64,000 nt of DNA from Poseidonia sp. (lineage in GTDB: Archaea > Thermoplasmatota > Poseidoniia > Poseidoniales > Poseidoniaceae): positions 1,434 to 65,433 of the forward strand of contig JADHNB010000001.1 in the NCBI GenBank assembly GCA_016779705.1, in the 5' to 3' direction. The notes beneath the pieces are model-generated. The model saw only the letters and a list, made by a program, of their open reading frames with translations. It was not told the DNA's origin and did not search any database. Position 1 is the stretch's first letter. Every line of letters starts with the position of its first letter. Shown in pieces: positions 57,865 to 64,000 of the stretch. Position numbers and translations under genes: made by a program.

Positions 57865-58794
57865 ATGTCCGAAGTTCGCAACGTCATCATCATCGGTTCA
57901 GGCCCTGCTGGATACACCGCTGGCCTCTACACCGGTCGTGCCATGCTCAATCCACTGATGTTTGCCGGCTACATGTCTGGAGGTCAGTTGATGCTGACCA
58001 GCGATATTGAGAATTTCCCAGGCTACCCTGAAGGCATCGGCGGGCCTGAGATGATGATGCAACTCCGTGAACAAGCCGAACGCTTCGGTTTGGAAGTTCA
58101 AGACCGGAACGTGGACGAGGTGGACCTCTCCCAACGGCCGTTCAAGGTGATGGTCGAAGGTGAAACCTTCCTGACCCACAGCATCATCGTGTGCACCGGG
58201 GCTGAATCCCTGTGGTTGAATGCGCCGGGTGAAGCGGAGCAAAAAGGCCGTGGGATCTCCACCTGCGCAACCTGCGATGGGGCCTTCTTCCGCAACGAGC
58301 ATGTCATGGTAATCGGCGGGGGCGACTCGGCCTGTGAAGAGGCGACGTTCCTCACCCGATTTGCCAGCAAGGTCACCCTCATTCACCGGCGGGATGTCTT
58401 CAAGGCCTCAACCATCATGTACGAGCGTGCAGCCAACCATCCGAAAATTGAGATTCGTACCTTCCGTCAGGTCAAGGAATGGCTCTCCAACGACCAAGGG
58501 TTGACGGGGGCCGTGCTCGAAAACATCGAGGACGGAACCACCGAGATCATTGAAGCGACCGGGGCGTTCATCGCCATCGGCCACACCCCCATCACCGATT
58601 TCCTCGGCGGGCAAGTGGAAACCGACGAGAACGGGTACCTCGTTCACAAGGAGCACACCATGACCTCGGTGCCAGGCGTCTTTGCCGCAGGCGATGTCGT
58701 TGACACGCGCTACAAACAAGCCATCACCGCCGCTGGCATGGGTTGTTCGGCGGCCATCGACGTTGAAAAGTGGCTGGAAAACAACGTCCATTGA
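57865..58794 (+). CDS. trxB: Thioredoxin reductase
   Basis: IIGSGPAGYTA, GGQL, ENFPG, CATCDG, GGGDSA, GVFAAGDV; start moved to ATG 57865. Confidence 0.96.
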   Translation: MSEVRNVIIIGSGPAGYTAGLYTGRAMLNPLMFAGYMSGGQLMLTSDIENFPGYPEGIGGPEMMMQLREQAERFGLEVQDRNVDEVDLSQRPFKVMVEGETFLTHSIIVCTGAESLWLNAPGEAEQKGRGISTCATCDGAFFRNEHVMVIGGGDSACEEATFLTRFASKVTLIHRRDVFKASTIMYERAANHPKIEIRTFRQVKEWLSNDQGLTGAVLENIEDGTTEIIEATGAFIAIGHTPITDFLGGQVETDENGYLVHKEHTMTSVPGVFAAGDVVDTRYKQAITAAGMGCSAAIDVEKWLENNVH

Positions 58795-58833
58795 TGCCGT
58801 TCCCTTGATGATGGGGCGGTTCATCGGCCGACC

Positions 58834-60003
58834 ATGGTGGATGTGGCTCGTCACGCCCGACACATCTCGCTGCCCGAGGTGGGGGTTGAGGGGCAGCAGC
58901 GCCTCCAAGCGGCGAGCGTCCTCATCGTCGGAGCCGGCGGGCTGGGGTCGCCCGCTGCCCTCTACCTCGCCGCAGCCGGCGTCGGGCGCCTTGGTTTGGT
59001 GGACAACGACGCCGTGGAGTTGAGCAACCTTCAGCGTCAAATTCTACACACGACCAACGATGTTGGAACGCCCAAGGTCGATTCCGCCAAAGCGACGCTA
59101 GCCGCCCTCGATGATTCGGTTGAAGTGGTGACCTACGCCACCCGATTGCACCCCGGAAACGCCATGCAGCTCATGAAGGGATGGGACCTCGTCATCGACG
59201 GAACCGACAACCTTCCCACCCGTTACCTCGTGGACGATGCGTGTTCCCTTCTCGGCTTGCCTTGGGTCTACGGGTCGGTCTTTCGCTTCGAAGGTCAAGT
59301 GAGCCTGTTCAATCATCAAGGTGGACCGTGCTATCGGGATTTGTTTCCCGAACCCCCTCCGCCTGAAGCCGTTCCTTCGTGTTCGGAGGCGGGTGTGTTT
59401 GGCGTTCTGCCCGGATTGGTAGGGGTCCTGCAGGCAACGGAAGCGATCAAAGTTCTGCTTGGGTTTGAGGCGTCCTTGAGCGGTGTGCTGTTGCTGTACG
59501 ACGCAAAAACCATGGCGTTCGACCGGCTCAGGTTTGAAGCCGACCCCGCTCGCCCGCCGGTGACGTCCCTCGATCACGCTGCTGGGTTGCTCAGCGACGA
59601 GGCTTGGTGCATGACGGGCGATGGCGTGGGCATTCCATCGGAACAACAAAAATCCCCGGACCAACGCCTTCCAACCATGTTTCACCAGATTTCCATGACC
59701 GAAGTCCTCCAGCGCCGCAACGAAGGATGGGCTCCGTTCATTCTTGACGTGCGCGGCGATCACGAATACGCTCAGGTTCGATTGCGAGATTGCAACCTCC
59801 AAATCCCTCACAGCGAGGTCCTAGCGGTGCTTGAGGAACTGCCCAAGGACACGGACATCCTCCTGCATTGCAAAGGAGGGATGCGCTCGCAAATGGCCGC
59901 CATGACCTTGATGAACGCGGGTTGGGACGCTGACCGCCTGTACAACTTGCAAGGTGGCCTCATGGCGTGGCACGCAGCGAGTCCCGAAGACCTCGTCAAC
60001 TAG
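58834..60003 (+). CDS. moeB: MoeB/ThiF adenylyltransferase fused to rhodanese (MoeZ-like)
   Basis: GAGGLGSP, SNLQRQ, GPCYRDL, SCSEAGVFG; C-terminal LDVR...HCKGGMRS...LQGG. Confidence 0.88.
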   Translation: MVDVARHARHISLPEVGVEGQQRLQAASVLIVGAGGLGSPAALYLAAAGVGRLGLVDNDAVELSNLQRQILHTTNDVGTPKVDSAKATLAALDDSVEVVTYATRLHPGNAMQLMKGWDLVIDGTDNLPTRYLVDDACSLLGLPWVYGSVFRFEGQVSLFNHQGGPCYRDLFPEPPPPEAVPSCSEAGVFGVLPGLVGVLQATEAIKVLLGFEASLSGVLLLYDAKTMAFDRLRFEADPARPPVTSLDHAAGLLSDEAWCMTGDGVGIPSEQQKSPDQRLPTMFHQISMTEVLQRRNEGWAPFILDVRGDHEYAQVRLRDCNLQIPHSEVLAVLEELPKDTDILLHCKGGMRSQMAAMTLMNAGWDADRLYNLQGGLMAWHAASPEDLVN

Positions 60004-60138
60004 TTGCAGACGTTCGAAGGCGAGGACACAGAAACAGGAGCCATCGCCCCCTTGCCTTTGTCCTGAAACCCCGTCGCGTCTCGTGGGTTGCAGGGTGAGG
60101 TTGATAGCGATTCACACCCTGCTGGGTCCGCGGAGGGG

Positions 60139-61233
60139 ATGAAGACGGCCAGCATCATCATCGCCGACGAAAACGAAGGGCGGCGAAATCTCCTCGCCAA
60201 CACCTTCGAGCGTGAGGGCTTCGAGGTCACCCGCCTCAGCACGCTTGGTCAAGCCGAAGCCACCGCCGTGGCCGTTCGCCCCGATGTGCTCTTGATGGAG
60301 GGTGAGTGGAGTCAAGGCAGTGTATTGGACAGTTGCCAGTCCATGTCGAGCCAACCTAACTTCCGTTCTGCGACTCGCGTGGTCGTGCTTTCCCGAACCA
60401 CAGCCCCTGATTTTTTGGCCTCCGCAGCCATGGCGGGGATTGCCGAAGTCATCGGAAAACCCGTTGACATGAACCAGTTGGTGGCGCAGGTCCAACGCCA
60501 TGCGTCCAAGCAATTTGTACCTCCGCCTGCGGATGTCAGTGCTCCGGCATCGGGCGGCTTCTCAGGCCAACGGTTTGATGTTGGGATGACCATGAACGAC
60601 AGCCAATGGGCGCTGCCGATGCTCCGCCGACTGGTTGAGTCGGGCAACGTTGACGATGATTTTGTGGCATCAATTCTGGACGACATGCCGTCCTCCGAAG
60701 GCGAGGACGAGGGCCTTGCCTTCGTCTCGTCGTCCTCCATGGCGGAGATGCTCCGATTGGCCCTCAACCGATTGGTGGGCGCCACGCCTGGCGACGGGAC
60801 ACACGTGCCGTCGGGAAATCCACCGGATGGTGGAGGGCCCTCAAGCGCCCCGTCGTTCAAGAATTTGAACAAAGGGGCGACGCTCGGCGAAGGGGCGACC
60901 TCCTCGCTTTCTGGTGGCATGAAAAGTTCCATGGAAGACATCTTGGAACGCCAAGCCGAGGACATCGCCAACCAAGTCGAGCGTGAGATGGACGATATCC
61001 TCTCGGAAGAACCCGACTACGTCTCGCTGTTGGAGCGTGAAGACCAGGTCCCGGTCGACCCGGAAACCCTGACCTTGACACGACTTTCGACCCAACTGTT
61101 TCTCGAATTGATGGAGGCGCTTCAGCGTCCAGGAGCGCTCTCCGATTTGACGTTGCTGACCCAAATTGAGGACGCCAACCGTATGGCCATTGATGTCCTT
61201 GAGGCCCTCCCTGCTGTGGAGGAAGAGGAGTGA
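60139..61233 (+). CDS. Atypical response-regulator receiver domain protein
   Basis: IIIADE, RPDVLLME (Glu at the phospho-Asp site), VVVLS, VIGKP; acidic helical C-terminus; GGAGGGG SD upstream. Confidence 0.75.
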   Translation: MKTASIIIADENEGRRNLLANTFEREGFEVTRLSTLGQAEATAVAVRPDVLLMEGEWSQGSVLDSCQSMSSQPNFRSATRVVVLSRTTAPDFLASAAMAGIAEVIGKPVDMNQLVAQVQRHASKQFVPPPADVSAPASGGFSGQRFDVGMTMNDSQWALPMLRRLVESGNVDDDFVASILDDMPSSEGEDEGLAFVSSSSMAEMLRLALNRLVGATPGDGTHVPSGNPPDGGGPSSAPSFKNLNKGATLGEGATSSLSGGMKSSMEDILERQAEDIANQVEREMDDILSEEPDYVSLLEREDQVPVDPETLTLTRLSTQLFLELMEALQRPGALSDLTLLTQIEDANRMAIDVLEALPAVEEEE

Positions 61234-62522
61234 GCGATTCGCCTCAACCCCATCAACGCGTCTTTTTCGCCCTCGTGTTCGCCTTCTTTGTCAATTTCTT
61301 GGGCTATGCGTTCATCGTCCCCATCCTTCCTTCTTGGCAAACTCAATTTGCGTTGAACGCCACACAAGCCACCCTCCTCGTCTCCCTTTGGGCTGTGCCC
61401 CTGTTTTTCTTTGGACCGCTGACCGGTCGCATCACCGATCGCTTCGGGGCGGGCAGAACCGTTTTGGTCAGTTTGGTGTTGCTGACCGGCTCAAGTTGCC
61501 TGTACATCGTGGCCACCAACGAATGGTTTTCTCGGCCGTTCCTCTTGCTCGCTGTGGCTCGCTTGATTCACGGGGCGTCAGGAGCGACCATCATGACCGC
61601 GGGGTTGGCGGCCGCTTCACAACGCTGGCCGACTCGGTTTGGGGAGCAAGCTGGGAAATTGTTGGGCGTGGCGGCCATCGGTGGGTTGTTCGGGCCCGTC
61701 CTCGGAGGGCTGCTGTTCACGTGGGGTGAGGGCATGGCGTTCATGGTGTTGGCTGGAGTGACCTTCGCGGTCGTTCCCGTCGTCTTTTTCGCCGCCAACG
61801 AAATTGGCGGCCCTTCGAAAGGCATCTCAGGCACGGTGTCCATCGGGGTGTTTTTCACCGACCCCATTCTCTTCCGTGTGGGCGTGTTGCTTGCCATCAC
61901 CACGGTGGCAACGGGGGCTTTGGAAGCCGGTGTTCCGTTGTTTTTGGCCGATACGCTGGGCTTCAGTTCGGCCCAGATTGGGGGTGTGTTGTTGGTGATG
62001 GTCTTGATGCAGGGCATTGGCTCGGTGGTCTGGGGGCGGCTGGTCGACCGAAAAGGACCGACCCGATACATGCTCGTCGGCTGGAGCGTGGTTGTCCTCT
62101 CCCTCATGGGCGTAGGGGCTTCAGGGGCTTTGTTTTCCGGGGATGTGGCGGTTTTGGTGATGATTTGCTTGCTCGGAGCGTTCCAGTTCTCCATCGCTGC
62201 GGCGCAGATTCCAATGTTGCCCATGATCGACACGGCGACCACTCGGGCCCTGGGCGAAGGGAACCCCGGGCTGGCGTTCGGCGCCTTTGGTGCCGCTTGG
62301 GCAGCGGGGACAATTCTGGGGCCGCTGTTGGTTGGTCCCGTGTTTGACCTGTTTGACTCGTGGTCCATTGCGCTCGGGGGTTTGGCCGTTCCGGCGCTGG
62401 CTGCATTGATTCTCACGTGGTCCAACCGGGACGACCTCAGGGAGTGTTACGATGAGGAAATCTCGAAACGTCACGGTGGCTCCTCCTCAGCCACCTCCCT
62501 CTTCGAACGAGAAGAGCATTGA
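61230..62522 (+). CDS. MFS transporter
   Basis: About 12 TMs; GRITDRFG and GRLVDRKG motif A; GPVLGG. Confidence 0.9.
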   Translation: MSDSPQPHQRVFFALVFAFFVNFLGYAFIVPILPSWQTQFALNATQATLLVSLWAVPLFFFGPLTGRITDRFGAGRTVLVSLVLLTGSSCLYIVATNEWFSRPFLLLAVARLIHGASGATIMTAGLAAASQRWPTRFGEQAGKLLGVAAIGGLFGPVLGGLLFTWGEGMAFMVLAGVTFAVVPVVFFAANEIGGPSKGISGTVSIGVFFTDPILFRVGVLLAITTVATGALEAGVPLFLADTLGFSSAQIGGVLLVMVLMQGIGSVVWGRLVDRKGPTRYMLVGWSVVVLSLMGVGASGALFSGDVAVLVMICLLGAFQFSIAAAQIPMLPMIDTATTRALGEGNPGLAFGAFGAAWAAGTILGPLLVGPVFDLFDSWSIALGGLAVPALAALILTWSNRDDLRECYDEEISKRHGGSSSATSLFEREEH

Positions 62523-62557
62523 AACCACCCATCTCCTGCGGGAGGCGAGGGCAGACC

Positions 62558-64000
62558 ATGACGCAGGGTGACCTTCCGAGAATTTTTGGAGAACATTGGC
62601 GTCCTCAACAACCGTTGAACTTTGTTCAGCCGCTCCCTCAAGACGCCGCCCGAAGCGAAGTGCTCTCCTTTGTTGCCCAACGGCACGACGCCCATTTGTT
62701 TCTCGTGGCCAACGTTTGGGACCACATGGTGGATTCCGAACCGGAAACGTTCGAAGGGCCTTCGTGGTTGGCCTTCTCCACAAGGTTTGTTGAGGGATTG
62801 GAACGGGGTCTCAAGAAACAAATGGAAACCACAATGGGGGAGGCGTTGGAACACGAAGTGATTCCTCGACGGAGCATGGCGTTGTTGTTGGAACGGCGTC
62901 GTGCACATTTTCTCATCGATATGCGCCTCATGATGCGTCGCTTGGCCCACTACATGGCCATCACCATGAACCAGCGTATGGAATGGCAGCGGACCATGAC
63001 TCGCACACGGTGTCTTGATTCCGCCTTGAAGGACCTGTTCATCGAGGGCGTTGAAACACCCGATGGGAGCCGTTTTGGCGGCAAAGGGTTCCGTTCAACC
63101 TGGCAGGAAGGCGTCGTTGCCGTCGCCACGGCGCTCCAACGACAACCCGGCGCTCCACGAGACGCTCGTCCGGGCGCGGGGTACGAGGGCGATTTGGTGG
63201 CCCCGATGATTCGAGACATTGGTTTGGGGTTGGCCATGGGCGATACGCCGCTGGACGTGATGGCGGCCAACCTCGGCAAGGTTGGCTCCAATCAAAACGG
63301 CGGTTGGGAGGATGCAGGCGGTCGAGATTTGCACGTGGGTGCTTGGCACGTGGGCGTCTTGCCACCCACGGCTCCGCTCCCCATCGCCAGTGCCACGATG
63401 ACGGGGCTTGCCTTTGCTGCTTGGCGTCAAGGGCTCAAGCGATTCCACGTGGCCTGCATCGGCGAGGGCTCGTCATCCAGCGGTGAATTTTGGGAAGCCA
63501 TGAATTTCGCCGGCGTTCGTGGACTGCCCATCACCTACATTCTCCAAAACAACCAAATCGCGCTTGATACGCCGCCGGTCAATCAATCGGGCGTTGAACT
63601 TTGGGCCGACAAGGCGCAGGCCATGGGCTTCCCCTCGTGGACCATCGATGGGTCAGATCCGGCGGCATGGCACGCCTCCACCGCCGTCGCTCGAGAATTT
63701 GCCATGAACGGTGGTGGGCCCACCCTCATTCATGTTGAAACGATGCGCGGCTGCGGTCACGCCCACCATCACGACGACCTGTACCTCGGTAACCCGAGCG
63801 GCACCCCAGCGGGTTACGTGGACCGTGACTTGCTCGCGTATTGGGAAGCAAAAGATCCTCTCCCCACCCACCGGTCCTTGTTGATTGAGCTGGGTGCCGA
63901 TGCATCGGCGTTGGCGGCCATGGAGGCCGAAGAGCAAACCTTGGTTGATGAGGCCCGGGCCGAGGTGTTGGCCATGGCGTGGCCTGAGCCGGAAACCGTG
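62558..64000 (+). CDS. 2-oxoacid dehydrogenase E1 (alpha domain; truncated by window end)
   Basis: Open frame from ATG 62558 (absent from the ORF track); TPP motif IGEGSSSSGEFWEAMNFAG...LQNNQIA, IDGSDP, GGPTLI, RGCGHAHHDD, KDPL. Confidence 0.88.
   Translation, partial: MTQGDLPRIFGEHWRPQQPLNFVQPLPQDAARSEVLSFVAQRHDAHLFLVANVWDHMVDSEPETFEGPSWLAFSTRFVEGLERGLKKQMETTMGEALEHEVIPRRSMALLLERRRAHFLIDMRLMMRRLAHYMAITMNQRMEWQRTMTRTRCLDSALKDLFIEGVETPDGSRFGGKGFRSTWQEGVVAVATALQRQPGAPRDARPGAGYEGDLVAPMIRDIGLGLAMGDTPLDVMAANLGKVGSNQNGGWEDAGGRDLHVGAWHVGVLPPTAPLPIASATMTGLAFAAWRQGLKRFHVACIGEGSSSSGEFWEAMNFAGVRGLPITYILQNNQIALDTPPVNQSGVELWADKAQAMGFPSWTIDGSDPAAWHASTAVAREFAMNGGGPTLIHVETMRGCGHAHHHDDLYLGNPSGTPAGYVDRDLLAYWEAKDPLPTHRSLLIELGADASALAAMEAEEQTLVDEARAEVLAMAWPEPETV

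Overview
Gene-dense, GC-rich (roughly 60% by eye) prokaryotic window. The gene content best fits a marine euryarchaeote of Marine Group II (Ca. Poseidoniales); this is an inference from archaeal markers (TrmB regulator, RibL FAD synthase, archaeal RqcH, TATA-box promoters, tRNA-Gln with an A1-U72 pair) mixed with bacterial-type genes (metF-metH, gpsA, rph, ribA, riboflavin synthase alpha chain) and large TSP3/FG-GAP surface proteins. It holds about 54 CDS, two tRNAs (Phe-GAA, Gln-CTG), and no rRNA, CRISPR array or transposase that I can see. The main finding is at 47392-50073. An ABC operon that looks like a phosphonate transporter (phnDCE) has a lipoprotein binding subunit that aligns motif-by-motif with one lobe of animal transferrin, keeping all four Fe3+ ligands, the carbonate pocket and a disulfide pair. 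Its promoter carries two TTTAGG-N4-CCTAAA DtxR-type boxes flanking the TATA box. I read this as a candidate archaeal single-lobe transferrin iron-uptake system. Second is a divergent light/photo-oxidative-stress cluster (7680-17650: crtB, crtI, ABC1 kinase, TrmB-type regulator, atypical peroxiredoxin, ribA | NUDIX, class II photolyase, SRPBCC-TIGR01777). Third is an integrin-alpha-like FG-GAP/TSP3 membrane protein followed by an EF-hand/zinc-ribbon protein. All calls come from reading motifs by eye; no database search was run, and several start codons were moved downstream of the ORF-track start.
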